33,226 nucleotides of DNA from Elusimicrobia bacterium CG03_land_8_20_14_0_80_50_18 (GTDB taxonomy: Bacteria; CG03), in assembly GCA_002780705.1 (NCBI GenBank), contig PEUP01000014.1, positions 327 to 33,552 of the forward strand, written 5' to 3'. The position numbers and the translations under genes were made by a program. The notes beneath the pieces were generated by a model. That model did not search any database. It saw only the letters and a list, made by a program, of their open reading frames with translations, and was not told the DNA's origin. Within the stretch, counting starts at the first letter, position 1. Every line of letters starts with the position of its first letter. This document shows positions 8,577-17,844 of the stretch, piece by piece.

Positions 8577-8828
8577 TTATCTTTCTTCGCGAGGTTTTGC
8601 TTTGTTTACTTTAACCTCTCTTCCCTTCAGATCTTTTCCGTTAAGAGCGGCAATCGCCTTGTCGCCCGCTTCATCCGAAGTCATTTCAACAAATCCGAAA
8701 CCTCTTGAGCGTCCCGTAAATTTGTCTTTAATGACCACCGCGGAAGTGACTTCGCCGAACTCTTCAAAAGCGCTCTTCAAGTCTTCGTCCGCCATCCCCC
8801 ATGCCAAATTACCAACATAAATGTTCAT
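8577..8828 (-). CDS. Single-RRM RNA-binding protein (83 aa)
   Basis: RNP2 IYVGNL and RNP1 RGFGFVEM. Start moved to ATG 8828, which has SD AGGAGG. Confidence 0.95.
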   Translation of the reverse strand: MNIYVGNLAWGMADEDLKSAFEEFGEVTSAVVIKDKFTGRSRGFGFVEMTSDEAGDKAIAALNGKDLKGREVKVNKAKPREER

Positions 8829-8853
8829 CCTGAACCTCCTTAAAAACTGCAAA

Positions 8854-8882
8854 ATGCTAACATAATTTCAGTGACCGCGCAA
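8854..8882 (-). promoter_or_regulatory. Sigma70-type promoter of the RRM gene
   Basis: TTGCGC, 17-nt spacer, TAGCAT with an extended -10 TG. Confidence 0.55.
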
Positions 8883-8901
8883 GATGTAAAAATGGACGGC
8901 C

Positions 8902-9285
8902 TCAGATTATTCTGAAAAAGAGAGCGCCGACCAGCACGCATATGACCCCGTGAGTGAGTGTTCTTGAAATATTTCTTGTCAAACCCGCCAATCGCGCTTT
9001 CGCGGCTGAAAAAGATTCGGCAAATGACAGAATGAATATGAAAAACAGAACAGCCGCCACCGGCGCCGCGACATTCTGTCTGAAAAGAGAGTTCAGCGCG
9101 TCTTCCCAGAAAAGGAGCTGTATCAGGGCCACAACCGAAAAGGTGAGGATGAGAGAATGCGTGAGCAGCCTTGACACATTACTTGTCAAACCCTTTTTCC
9201 GCGCCCAATAAATTCCGGCGGTTTCCCATAAAGACAAAAGAAGTATGGCACTGATAAAAATCAGATTCGTCATATCCCTTCCCAT
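8902..9285 (-). CDS. Uncharacterised 4-TM membrane protein with an internal two-fold repeat (127 aa)
   Basis: ATG 9285 has SD GGAGG, whereas the track start at 9318 lies inside rnpB. Four hydrophobic segments. Repeated E..AR..GLTxNxSRxLTH. Confidence 0.75.
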   Translation of the reverse strand: MGRDMTNLIFISAILLLSLWETAGIYWARKKGLTSNVSRLLTHSLILTFSVVALIQLLFWEDALNSLFRQNVAAPVAAVLFFIFILSFAESFSAAKARLAGLTRNISRTLTHGVICVLVGALFFRII

Positions 9286-9302
9286 TTTTCCTCCTTTTCC
9301 CG

Positions 9303-9607
9303 GGGGAGATGATTCCATAAGCCGGATTCTGTTCTAGACGGCCATTCATCTATGCGGTCTACCCGTCCCGCACTGTCAAACGAGCAGCTTGCGTTTTTCC
9401 GGTAAAGGAAAAACAACGGGACTGCTTGGCCTTGCTTCCGGCAGGGTTTAGCCTTTTCACTACGGCACCCTATTCGGGCCCGTACCTGGTTTCTGTGCCA
9501 CTTTCCGTATCCGCCTTTCGGCGAACCTCCGCCTTTCGGCGGATGCCGCGCTCTGTGAAGTCCGGACTTTCCTCCCCCGAAAGGGCGGCCGTCCGAATCA
9601 TCTCCCC
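9303..9607 (-). ncRNA. rnpB: RNase P RNA (about 305 nt, reduced type A-like)
   Basis: P1 GGGGAGAUGAUUC/GAAUCAUCUCCCC. Conserved GAGGAAAGUCC, GGAAAGUG.CACAGAAA, GUGAAA, UAAACCC, GCAAGG, GGUA, UAGAUGAAUG and ACAGAAUCCGGCUUA. Confidence 0.97.
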
Positions 9608-9611
9608 TGTT

Positions 9612-9640
9612 AAACTATAAAAAAACCAGCCAAAATGCAA
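9612..9640 (-). promoter_or_regulatory. Probable rnpB promoter
   Basis: TTGCAT (9640-9635) with TAGTTT (17-nt spacer) or TATAGT (15-nt spacer) just upstream of P1. Confidence 0.5.
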
Positions 9641-9698
9641 CAGGCGCTTTCTTATTTTTCAAACTCTTCTTCATAAAACTTGCCTCCCTGGCGGGGCG

Positions 9699-10265
9699 CT
9701 AATCGAGCAGCAGTTTTCTCAGCGGACGCATCGTCGTGTAAACGGCGCTTTCCATTGTGTGCCTGATATCAAAAGACTCGTAGGAATCACTGTTCGCCCA
9801 GATGACCTCGCCCGACCTGACATCTATCAGCCGGAGGGTGATATCCACCTTCGCGTTGTAAAAAGCCGTCTCATAAGAGACTTTACCGTCTGAGCCGGTG
9901 TAATAAACCCGCTCTTCCTTCTCTTCCTGCCAGCGCAGGACACTCCCGTCTATTATGGCATCGGCGCCGGCGAGATTGCCGATCTGGGCGAAGAGCCTGT
10001 CGCTCCTCGGAACCGCGTTCTGCAGCATCTTATCAAAGACCTTGGAATCCACGACCTTTACGCCGCTCTCAAGAAGATATCGTGATATCGTATCGCGAAC
10101 AGCTCCGCCGGATGAGGTGTAATTTTCAGGGCTGTCGAGCCGGGCTACCGCTATGTTGCGCAGGCTTTTGTAATCAAAATCCTTTTTCCAGTTGGCCCGC
10201 GGCTGACAGCCGCATATCAGATAAAGAGAAAGCGCCGACGCTAACAGAAAGGAATGAAACCTCAT
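9699..10265 (-). CDS. Lipoprotein, CsgG/LpoB/DUF799-like fold
   Basis: Lipobox LICG-C. IAV..., GADAIIDGSV, V.ITLRLIDVRSGEVIW pattern. Confidence 0.7.
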   Translation of the reverse strand: MRFHSFLLASALSLYLICGCQPRANWKKDFDYKSLRNIAVARLDSPENYTSSGGAVRDTISRYLLESGVKVVDSKVFDKMLQNAVPRSDRLFAQIGNLAGADAIIDGSVLRWQEEKEERVYYTGSDGKVSYETAFYNAKVDITLRLIDVRSGEVIWANSDSYESFDIRHTMESAVYTTMRPLRKLLLD

Positions 10266-10696
10266 CTTCCCTCCTCAAGAGCTTCGGAAACGTTATCCAG
10301 ATGCTTCTGGGCGCTCTCCTTGTTTTTCTGGTTTTTGGCATTTTTAAGGGCTTTCTGAAAATATGCGCGGGCCTGAGCCATATTGCCCGTTTCCTCATAT
10401 ATTATGCCCAGAAGATAGACCGGTATAAATTTTTTCGGGCTCAGTTCCGTGGCGCGCGAAAGATGCGCTAACGCCGCCTCATAATTCCTCTGATTGACAG
10501 CGCATATCCCGGCGCTTATAAGGAGACCTGTGTCAGAAGGATTGTCTTTCAGCAGAGTCTCGGCCTTCTCTCTGGCCGCTGTCCATTTTTTTTCTCTCAT
10601 CAGTTCCCTCACATCCTGCGCGCGCAAGGTTAAAGGAAATAAGATGAGCGCCGCCAGAAGCGCGGCCTTTATGTCAAATCTGTTTCTCATAATCAT
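10262..10696 (-). CDS. Exported tetratricopeptide-repeat protein
   Basis: Signal peptide (..PLTLRA-Q). TPR-like helices NYEAALAHLSRATELSP and YLLGIIYEETGNMAQARAYFQKAL. Confidence 0.8.
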   Translation of the reverse strand: MIMRNRFDIKAALLAALILFPLTLRAQDVRELMREKKWTAAREKAETLLKDNPSDTGLLISAGICAVNQRNYEAALAHLSRATELSPKKFIPVYLLGIIYEETGNMAQARAYFQKALKNAKNQKNKESAQKHLDNVSEALEEGR

Positions 10697-10710
10697 TACC
10701 CCCTATTTAG

Positions 10711-10767
10711 TATCGGGGTTAGAAAACCCCTCCTACATCATATCGGAACTGGAAAGTCCCTCCTACA
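10711..10767 (-). repeat. Two tandem GTAG-type REP-like elements (27 nt, 30-nt period)
   Basis: TGTAGGA-GGGACT-TTCC-AGTTCC-GATA (10767-10741) and TGTAGGA-GGGGTT-TTCT-AACCCC-GATA (10737-10711). Confidence 0.8.
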
Positions 10768-11896
10768 CCATAAAATCCCGGATATTTGACAGAACCGGAA
10801 GCTCAAAATATTTTCTCAGCGATTGAGTTATCCTCTCCCCTGCCCGGCCGTCGCCGTAAGGATTCCTGAAAGTTTTTTTTACGGCGCTGTCTTTAATAAG
10901 AGCGCTGACGCAGGAGCGGATTTTTGAGGGAGATGTCCCCGCGACTTTGACAAAACCCGCCGCGACACCCTCCGGCCGTTCCGTGCGCTTTCTCAAAAGC
11001 ACAACCTTTTTGCCGAAAACAAGAGCCTCTTCCTGTATGCCGCCGGAATCCGTCACCGTGAAAAAACAGTTTTTCAAAAGATATATCAGGTCGCGGTAAT
11101 TGAGGGGCTCCGTGAGCACAATGTTGTCCGAAGCTCCTAATATTTTAGCGGCCGCGTTTTTCACAACCGGGTTCGGATGCACGGGATAAATGACACGCAG
11201 TCCCCTCGCGGCTGTAAAATAGTTTTTCAAAAAATAAAAAACGCCCTCCATGGGTTTTCCCCACGATTCTCTCCTGTGCATGGTCAGGAGCACGAAAGGT
11301 TTCTCGGCGAGGCGCCGCGCCCGGGCGGAAACAGCTCTTTCATCCCGCGATATCAGATCCGCCGCGTCAACTATGGTGTTTCCCGTCACCGAAATCAGGC
11401 GCGGACGCAGGCCCTCTCTTTTGATGTTGAGCAGGGCGCCTCTCGTGGGCGGAAACAGTATGTCCGAAATGCTGTCGGTCAAAACCCTGTTCAGCTCCTC
11501 GGGAAAAGGCTCGTTCTTATTTCCTGTCCTCAGTCCGGCCTCCACATGAGCGGAAGGAATACCGTTATAAAAAGCGGATAACGCCGAAGCGAATGTCGTT
11601 GAGGTGTCGCCGTGCACCATCACAAGGTCGGGCTTTTCTTTTTTATATACGGTATCCAGCTGTTTAACTGCTGAGGATGTTATATCGGCGAGGCTCTGCG
11701 CGGCTGTCATGATATTGAGGTTGTACTCCGGTGACATGGCGAATATATCAAGCGCCTCGTCCAGCATATCGCTGTGCTGCCCGGTCAGAGCCAGCTTCAC
11801 CGAAAAGGCCCTGTCTCTTTTGAGCGCCAGATACACGGGAGCCATCTTTATCGCTTCCGGCCTCGTGCCGAAAGTCAGTATTATTTTTTTTCTCAT
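10763..11896 (-). CDS. wecB: UDP-N-acetylglucosamine 2-epimerase (non-hydrolysing)
   Basis: FGTRPEAIKMAP, TGQH, HGDT, HVEAGLRT, PFPEE.NR, HRRE, TDSGGIQEE, NPYGDG. Confidence 0.96.
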   Translation of the reverse strand: MRKKIILTFGTRPEAIKMAPVYLALKRDRAFSVKLALTGQHSDMLDEALDIFAMSPEYNLNIMTAAQSLADITSSAVKQLDTVYKKEKPDLVMVHGDTSTTFASALSAFYNGIPSAHVEAGLRTGNKNEPFPEELNRVLTDSISDILFPPTRGALLNIKREGLRPRLISVTGNTIVDAADLISRDERAVSARARRLAEKPFVLLTMHRRESWGKPMEGVFYFLKNYFTAARGLRVIYPVHPNPVVKNAAAKILGASDNIVLTEPLNYRDLIYLLKNCFFTVTDSGGIQEEALVFGKKVVLLRKRTERPEGVAAGFVKVAGTSPSKIRSCVSALIKDSAVKKTFRNPYGDGRAGERITQSLRKYFELPVLSNIRDFMV

Positions 11897-12886
11897 TTAA
11901 TTTTTGATGGAAAAAATCGTGGCCATGATAGCGATAATAGAAAGGATGAGCGTCAGATTGTACATCAGCAGTGACACCTCCCTTGAAGACCAGCCCCCCT
12001 TCAGAAGTTTATGATGAATGTGCTCCGAGTCCGCTCTCATTATGGGCACATTCGCGCGGGAGCGCCTTATTATCGCGGACACGACATCAAAAATAGGCAG
12101 AGCCACAACCATTATCGGTATGACCAGCGCGATGGCGGCTGTGAGCTTGAGCATCCCCTGAATGGCTATTATACCGAGAAAAAAACCAAGCAGAAGGCTG
12201 CCCGAATCGCCGAGGAAAACACCCGCGGGCGGGAAATTGAAATACAAAAAACCCAGACATGCGCCCGAAAGAAGCAGAGAGAGTATCGCGAACAATCTCC
12301 CTCCGGAGAGCCCGCTAAAAGCGACTTCTATTATTATCACAATTGAAAAGGTGAAAGCCGCGATAGCCGAAATACCGCAGGCGAGGCCGTCCACACCGTC
12401 TATCAGATTGATAACATTGGTGAAGGCGAGCATCCACAGCGCCGTGATTATGATAGACGCCAGCCGCGGGAACATCACATATTTCATGAACGGTATCTTG
12501 AAACCTGTGATCTCCACCCCGTACATCAGCACCATCATAACAGCTATTGTCTGGGCGAGCAGTTTCACCGTCGGGCTGAGGGCCTTGCGGTCATCAGCCA
12601 TGCCGGTGATGAGTATTATGAGGCTGCCCAGAAACACACCGTTGAGCGCCGAAAAATTCGCCACCAGCAAAAGTTTCACCTCGTCCGAAATGAAATAAAG
12701 AATGGCCAGGCCGATCCACATGCTCAGCCATATCCCTAAGCCTCCCCATAAAGGGACCAGGCGTGTGTGAATCTTCCTGCTTGTGGGTTTGTCATAAACG
12801 CGTTTTTTCTCGGCGAAATTGATAAAGGCCGGCTCAAAGATGAACAGAAAAAGCATAGGTATGAAAAAAGCCGCCAGATATATCAT
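11897..12886 (-). CDS. wecA: Undecaprenyl-phosphate GlcNAc-1-phosphate transferase (WecA/TagO family)
   Basis: [42 protein letters not shown]. Polytopic membrane protein. Confidence 0.9.
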   Translation of the reverse strand: MIYLAAFFIPMLFLFIFEPAFINFAEKKRVYDKPTSRKIHTRLVPLWGGLGIWLSMWIGLAILYFISDEVKLLLVANFSALNGVFLGSLIILITGMADDRKALSPTVKLLAQTIAVMMVLMYGVEITGFKIPFMKYVMFPRLASIIITALWMLAFTNVINLIDGVDGLACGISAIAAFTFSIVIIIEVAFSGLSGGRLFAILSLLLSGACLGFLYFNFPPAGVFLGDSGSLLLGFFLGIIAIQGMLKLTAAIALVIPIMVVALPIFDVVSAIIRRSRANVPIMRADSEHIHHKLLKGGWSSREVSLLMYNLTLILSIIAIMATIFSIKN

Positions 12887-14127
12887 TCGTTTTTATAGAT
12901 AGGGAAATCCGATGTCATGGCTTTCACTTCATTCCTGATGGCTTCAAGAGTTTTTTTATCGTCTCCCGCTTCCACCGCCCTGTTTATAAACCCGGCGATG
13001 CGCAGCATTTCAGGTTCTTTCATGCCGCGTGTTGTGACGGCGGGGGTTCCCAACCTTATGCCGGATGTCACAAAGGGTTTCTCCGGATCTCCGGGAATTG
13101 AATTCTTGTTGGCCGTTATCCCCGCTTCCTCAAGGATGTTCTGGGCGAGCTTCCCCGTCATATTCTTATTCCTCATATCCACCAGCACCATGTGATTGTC
13201 CGTCCCGCCGGTGACCAGCGTGAAATTGTTCTTCAGGAGGCCCTCGGCCAGCGCCTTGCTGTTCAGCACTATCTGACGCTGATAAAGGCGGAATTCCGGC
13301 TTCAGGGCCTCGCCGAAAGCCGCGGCCTTTGCCGCCATTATGTGCATGTGCGGGCCTCCCTGGATGCCGGGAAAAACCTGACGGTCAATAATGGCGGCGT
13401 GCTCCTTTTTTGACATTATCACACCGCCACGCGGGCCCCTGAGCGTCTTGTGTGTCGTGGTGGTGACAAAATCGCAGAAAGGAAAAGGCGACGGATGCTC
13501 GCCCGCGGCGACGAGGCCGGCGATGTGAGCTATGTCCGCCATGAGATAAGAGCCCGCCTTATCGGCTATGGCTCTGTATCTTTTAAAATCTATGATCCTC
13601 GGATAGGCCGAGGCCCCGCATATTATCAGTTTCGGTTTGTGCTTCATGGCGAGTTTTTCCATCTCGTCATAATCTATGAGTCCTGTCTGCAAATTGTTCC
13701 GGGCCGGTATTATCTCATAAAAACGGCCGGAGAAAGACAGGGGATGCCCGTGCGAAAGATGCCCGCCGTGAGCGAGGTCCATGCTCAGGATGCGGTCGCC
13801 CTGTTCAAGAACGGCGAAATAAACAGCCATATTCGCGGATGTCCCGGAGAGAGGCTGCACATTGGCGTGCTCCGCACCAAATATCTTTTTGCACCTTACG
13901 AGAGCCAGCGTCTCTATCTCATCGCAATGCAGACAGCCGCCGTAATATCTTTTGCCGGGATAACCCTCCGCGTATTTGTTGGTGAAAAAAGAAGACGCCG
14001 CCTCAAGCACTGAAAAAGACGCGAAATTCTCGGAGGCTATCATCTCAAGATTCTCCTCCTGCCGCCGGTGCTCTCTTTCTATTATGTCATAAACCGCTTC
14101 GTCACTTTTTTTCAGATGTTCAAACAT
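12883..14127 (-). CDS. glyA: Serine hydroxymethyltransferase
   Basis: [61 protein letters not shown]. Confidence 0.99.
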   Translation of the reverse strand: MFEHLKKSDEAVYDIIEREHRRQEENLEMIASENFASFSVLEAASSFFTNKYAEGYPGKRYYGGCLHCDEIETLALVRCKKIFGAEHANVQPLSGTSANMAVYFAVLEQGDRILSMDLAHGGHLSHGHPLSFSGRFYEIIPARNNLQTGLIDYDEMEKLAMKHKPKLIICGASAYPRIIDFKRYRAIADKAGSYLMADIAHIAGLVAAGEHPSPFPFCDFVTTTTHKTLRGPRGGVIMSKKEHAAIIDRQVFPGIQGGPHMHIMAAKAAAFGEALKPEFRLYQRQIVLNSKALAEGLLKNNFTLVTGGTDNHMVLVDMRNKNMTGKLAQNILEEAGITANKNSIPGDPEKPFVTSGIRLGTPAVTTRGMKEPEMLRIAGFINRAVEAGDDKKTLEAIRNEVKAMTSDFPIYKNE

Positions 14128-14569
14128 CGCGCTTTCCTCCAGACTCCTTTAATATCTTCACCACAAGGCCAGATATTGTATCAAATGTTTTTCTGTAAAA
14201 GCTCTTGTCCAGTCCTATGGGGTCGAGTATCTCCCCTTTTTCTCCGGCGTATTCGGTCAGAAGAAAAACCTTGCCGGAGACAAAAGGGAAGTTTTCCTTT
14301 ATGTAATCCTTGTGGCGGTTTTCCATACACAGCACAAGAGCGGCCTCATCCAGTATTTCTTTTGTCACCTGCGTTGACACATGATTTTTGTGAGGCATAC
14401 CCTCTTCATTAAAAATTTCCTCAAGCGCCCCGAAAATGCGATAGGACGGATTTGCCGCGATCCCGGCGGAAGACACCTTGACGCCCGGAGCGTTTTTTCT
14501 GAAAACAGCCTCCGCCATAACGGAGCGGCATGTATTGCCCGTGCAGACAAAGAGGACGGGAGAAAGCAT
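14120..14569 (-). CDS. Low-molecular-weight protein phosphatase, YwlE-type (protein-arginine phosphatase candidate)
   Basis: P-loop VCTGNTCRS with Thr at the YwlE-typical position, SAG, DPIG. Lies between tsaC and glyA, as ywlE does in Bacillus. Confidence 0.8.
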   Translation of the reverse strand: MLSPVLFVCTGNTCRSVMAEAVFRKNAPGVKVSSAGIAANPSYRIFGALEEIFNEEGMPHKNHVSTQVTKEILDEAALVLCMENRHKDYIKENFPFVSGKVFLLTEYAGEKGEILDPIGLDKSFYRKTFDTISGLVVKILKESGGKRDV

Positions 14570-15186
14570 TATTCCCTGTCTCTGAGGACTTCTATCTCCC
14601 CGCCGGTGAGATCCAGAATTGAAGACGGTACACCGCTGAGCGCCTTGTCTTCTTTAACGGCGATATCCACGCCTTTTAAGAGGCCGCTGTCCACAGAACT
14701 GAATTTTCCCGTTGCCTTTTTGCCTGATATACTGGCTGAGGTGACGGCCATGGGGCCCACGGCGCTGAGAAGTTTGAGCGCGAATTTGTGGTTGGGCACG
14801 CGCAGAGCCTTCGTGCCGGCCCTTGAGGAAAGAACAAGCGTGACCGGTCCCGGCCAGTATTCTTTCATGAGCATCCGCACACGCTGGCTGACCCTTCCCA
14901 CAAGATGGGACGATTCTCTCCACGAGGATATCAGCAGTCCTATCTTTTTGTTCCTGGGCCGTTTTTTCAGGAGGAATATCTTTTCTATGCTGTCTTTGAA
15001 TTTTATGGACGCGCCGATGCCGTAAACCGTATCCGTCGGGAATATTATTATGCCTCCGGATTTGACGATATCCACTATTCTGTCAAACTGTTCTCCGGAA
15101 AGAGCGTCCTCTACCCGCACAATGTCGCATTTGGGCGCGCGCTCTGTGGATGGACGGACATTTTTACTCGCTGATATTTTTTTCAT
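14569..15186 (-). CDS. tsaC: L-threonylcarbamoyladenylate synthase (single-domain TsaC/YrdC)
   Basis: FPTDTVYG, K.RP..K, YWPGPVTLV, RVP, TSASISG, PSSILDLT. Confidence 0.92.
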   Translation of the reverse strand: MKKISASKNVRPSTERAPKCDIVRVEDALSGEQFDRIVDIVKSGGIIIFPTDTVYGIGASIKFKDSIEKIFLLKKRPRNKKIGLLISSWRESSHLVGRVSQRVRMLMKEYWPGPVTLVLSSRAGTKALRVPNHKFALKLLSAVGPMAVTSASISGKKATGKFSSVDSGLLKGVDIAVKEDKALSGVPSSILDLTGGEIEVLRDRE

Positions 15187-16316
15187 GACAGGTACCCCGC
15201 ATTGATCTTCACATATTCCTCGCTGAAATCAGTTGTGGCGAAAACACATTCTCCGCCTCCGGCGGCAAGATCGACCTTAAAGGACACTTCCTGTTTTCTG
15301 AGAAGGCCGCGCAGGTTTTTGTCGTTAAACCGCAAAGGCCCGCCGCGGTAGACAGGAGTGCCGCATATATACACGGAGAGCTTTTCCGTATTCATGGACA
15401 CGCGCGAAGCGCCGGTTCTGGAAAGTATCCTTCCCCAGTTCGGACTCTCACCGTTAAATGCCGTTTTGATAAGCGGCGAGGCGGCGAGGAAATCCGCGAG
15501 CTGTCTGGCCTCGGCTTCACTCCTCGCCCCGGTGACATGCACCTCTATGATTTTCTTTCTGCCTTCTCCGTCACTTATAATCTTAGCGGCTATTTCCCCG
15601 CAAACCGCGGCAAGGTCTTTTCTGAATCTGGATTCGGGAATTGTTTTCTTCATGGACGAAATGAGAAAAACAGAATCATTTGTTGACATCTCCCCGTCCA
15701 CCGACATTCTGTTGAAAACATCCGCCTCTTCCCTGAAAATTTTTTTCATGCCGGGCGCCAAACGCGCGTCCGTGAGAATAAAACAGAGGAAGGTCGCCAT
15801 ATCAGGATTTATCATGCCCGAACCCTTGGCGCAAGCCCAGAAATTACCGAAGGAAGAAATCTTCCTGACGGTGTCGGTTGTCATGATGCTGTCGGCAAAA
15901 TCCGTTGGCGAGCAGGGATTTTTCAGAAAGTTTTCCCGCAGGTCGCTTATGCCCTTTTTCATTTTAGCCACAGGAAGAAAAGCGCCTATGACTCCGGTGG
16001 AGGCCACAAGCACCTCATCCGTTTTCACACCGAAACTGCGGGCGGTAAATGAGCAGATGTTCAAAGCGTCCCTGAAACCCCGTTTGCCCGTGGCGGCGTT
16101 CGCGCATTTTGAATTGGCCACCAGCGCGTATCCGGATGGCAGATGTTTCCGGCTTATGATAACGGGCGCGGCGGCAAAACGGTTTCTGGTAAAAACAGCC
16201 GCCGCTTTGAACCCCCCCGGGCAGAATATGACGCCGAGATCCTTCCCTTCTTTCTTCATACCGCAGGCTCGGCCGCCTATCTGGAAACCGTCGGGAAAAT
16301 ATGTTTTTGAGCTCAC
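15183..16316 (-). CDS. argJ: Ornithine acetyltransferase / N-acetylglutamate synthase ArgJ
   Basis: FT.N...AAPV, NS..ANA.TG, ASTGVIG, IMTTDT, AKGSGMINPDMAT (autocleavage Thr), DG.MSTND, DGEG, PNWGRI. Confidence 0.95.
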   Translation of the reverse strand: MSSKTYFPDGFQIGGRACGMKKEGKDLGVIFCPGGFKAAAVFTRNRFAAAPVIISRKHLPSGYALVANSKCANAATGKRGFRDALNICSFTARSFGVKTDEVLVASTGVIGAFLPVAKMKKGISDLRENFLKNPCSPTDFADSIMTTDTVRKISSFGNFWACAKGSGMINPDMATFLCFILTDARLAPGMKKIFREEADVFNRMSVDGEMSTNDSVFLISSMKKTIPESRFRKDLAAVCGEIAAKIISDGEGRKKIIEVHVTGARSEAEARQLADFLAASPLIKTAFNGESPNWGRILSRTGASRVSMNTEKLSVYICGTPVYRGGPLRFNDKNLRGLLRKQEVSFKVDLAAGGGECVFATTDFSEEYVKINAGYLS

Positions 16317-17320
16317 AGGGCGGTCTCCTCGTCAAAACCAAAAGCTATGTTCATGTTCTGGACCGCCTGGCCCGAAGCGCCTTTCACCAGATTATCTATC
16401 GCCGAGGTCACAATGAGCAGGCCCGCCTTCCTGTCAACAGCGATGCCGATGCGGGCGTTGTTGGTGCCTGTGACATCTTTGGTAGCGGGCTGTTCGCCCG
16501 GCGGCAGCACGAGAACAAATTTTTCGTCTTTGTAAAATTTTTTATATGCCGCGACGACAGTTTCCGCGCGAAGAGGCGTTTTCATCCTCATGTAAACCGT
16601 GGCGAGCATTCCCCTGTCCTGCGGAATCAGGTGAGGAACAAATGTGAGGCCCGCCTCTTTCCCCGAAAGAAGCAGGATTTCCTCTTCCATTTCGCTCTGA
16701 TGCCGGTGCTCCGCCACCTTATAAGCCCTGCAGGAGGCGTTGGCGTTGCAGTACAGATACTCGGCCGCCAGCTTTTTACCCGCCCCCGATATGCCGCTTT
16801 TGGCGTCCACTATTATATTTTTCTCCTCAGTCAGCCGGTCGAGCAGCGCGGGCAGAATCGCCAGGAGCGCCGCTGTCGGATAACAGCCCGGATTGGCGAT
16901 CAAACGGGCGCCTTTTATTTTTTCTCTGTTGAATTCGCACAAACCGTAAACGGCCTTGGAAAGCGCTCCCGGAAAGGGATGGACGGCTTCGTAGGTTTTT
17001 CTGTAAACACCGGCGTTTTTCAGCCTGAAATCGGCGCTGAGGTCTATGACGGTTTTCCCTTTTTCATAAAATCTCATGGCTGTCGGCGCCGCTTCGGTGT
17101 GCGGCAGGCACAGAAAAACCGCGTCGCTGTCATCTATGACGGCAGCTGTCAGTTTTTCGGTGACAAGGCCGCTGCGGGAGGCCTTCTGTATGTCGGATAT
17201 CTTCACACCCGGGCTGCGGGAAAGAAGATGTTTCACGGACACCCCGGGATGCCTCAAAAGTATCCTCAGGAGTTCTTCTCCCGTAAAACCCGTCACCCCC
17301 GCTATTGAGACCTTTATCAT
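16313..17320 (-). CDS. argC: N-acetyl-gamma-glutamyl-phosphate reductase
   Basis: G.TGFTG.EL, CLPH, IDLSADFRL, IANPGCYPT, SGISGAG, HRH..E, IDNLVKGASGQAVQNMN. Confidence 0.98.
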   Translation of the reverse strand: MIKVSIAGVTGFTGEELLRILLRHPGVSVKHLLSRSPGVKISDIQKASRSGLVTEKLTAAVIDDSDAVFLCLPHTEAAPTAMRFYEKGKTVIDLSADFRLKNAGVYRKTYEAVHPFPGALSKAVYGLCEFNREKIKGARLIANPGCYPTAALLAILPALLDRLTEEKNIIVDAKSGISGAGKKLAAEYLYCNANASCRAYKVAEHRHQSEMEEEILLLSGKEAGLTFVPHLIPQDRGMLATVYMRMKTPLRAETVVAAYKKFYKDEKFVLVLPPGEQPATKDVTGTNNARIGIAVDRKAGLLIVTSAIDNLVKGASGQAVQNMNIAFGFDEETAL

Positions 17321-17844
17321 ATCAGTGCGATGGCGGCGCGCAGAAATAAGGCCGCCGCGCCAAGCGTGAAAATCACTATAGCCGGAGCGGCAAAGACAGC
17401 AAGGGCGCCGACGGAAGAAAGCCTGTAGTGAAACATCAGGACTTTAACCTTCAGCGCGAAACTCCAGACATAAATCATAACGGCCAACAGGGCGAACGCC
17501 CCCGGAAACGCGGCGAAAAGCGTGCCGGAGAGTATCCGGGCCGCCGGTAAGAAAAGAAAAGGCAGCTCCGCGAAGGGCAGCAGCCGGAACAAATCCGTCA
17601 CCGCTCCTCTGCCGCCGGCGGCATGAGCGAAAAAATGAAGCATCGCCGCGGCGCTGATCCATCCGAATAAAATGAACGGCAGAAGAAGAACAAAATCGGC
17701 AGAGGCAAAACCGAAGGCCGTGAACTGGAAAAAGCGGCAGGCTGTAAAAAAAATCGCCGAGTCCGCGAACGAATCGCGGCAGTCGTCCGCGTCCCATGAG
17801 ACAGAGGGTGAGAAAATGAGTGAATAAAAATTTGCCGTCGTCAT
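17317..17844 (-). CDS. Hypothetical membrane protein (YIP1-like)
   Basis: Several hydrophobic helices with an H..A...GGRG pattern. ATGA overlaps at both ends. Confidence 0.6.
   Translation of the reverse strand: MTTANFYSLIFSPSVSWDADDCRDSFADSAIFFTACRFFQFTAFGFASADFVLLLPFILFGWISAAAMLHFFAHAAGGRGAVTDLFRLLPFAELPFLFLPAARILSGTLFAAFPGAFALLAVMIYVWSFALKVKVLMFHYRLSSVGALAVFAAPAIVIFTLGAAALFLRAAIALI

Noticed and set aside
9286-9318. Track start of the 138-aa ORF (MESSPPGKGGK)
   Set aside because: The ATG at 9318 lies within the RNase P 3' end. ATG 9285 has a proper SD.
9426-9620. 64-aa ORF
   Set aside because: Antisense to rnpB.
10711-10767. Possible CRISPR repeat pair
   Set aside because: Only 3 nt separate the units, so there is no spacer. 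The architecture fits REPs.
15358-17308. 352-aa and 335-aa plus-strand ORFs
   Set aside because: Antisense shadows of argJ and argC, explained by codon bias. No recognisable domains.
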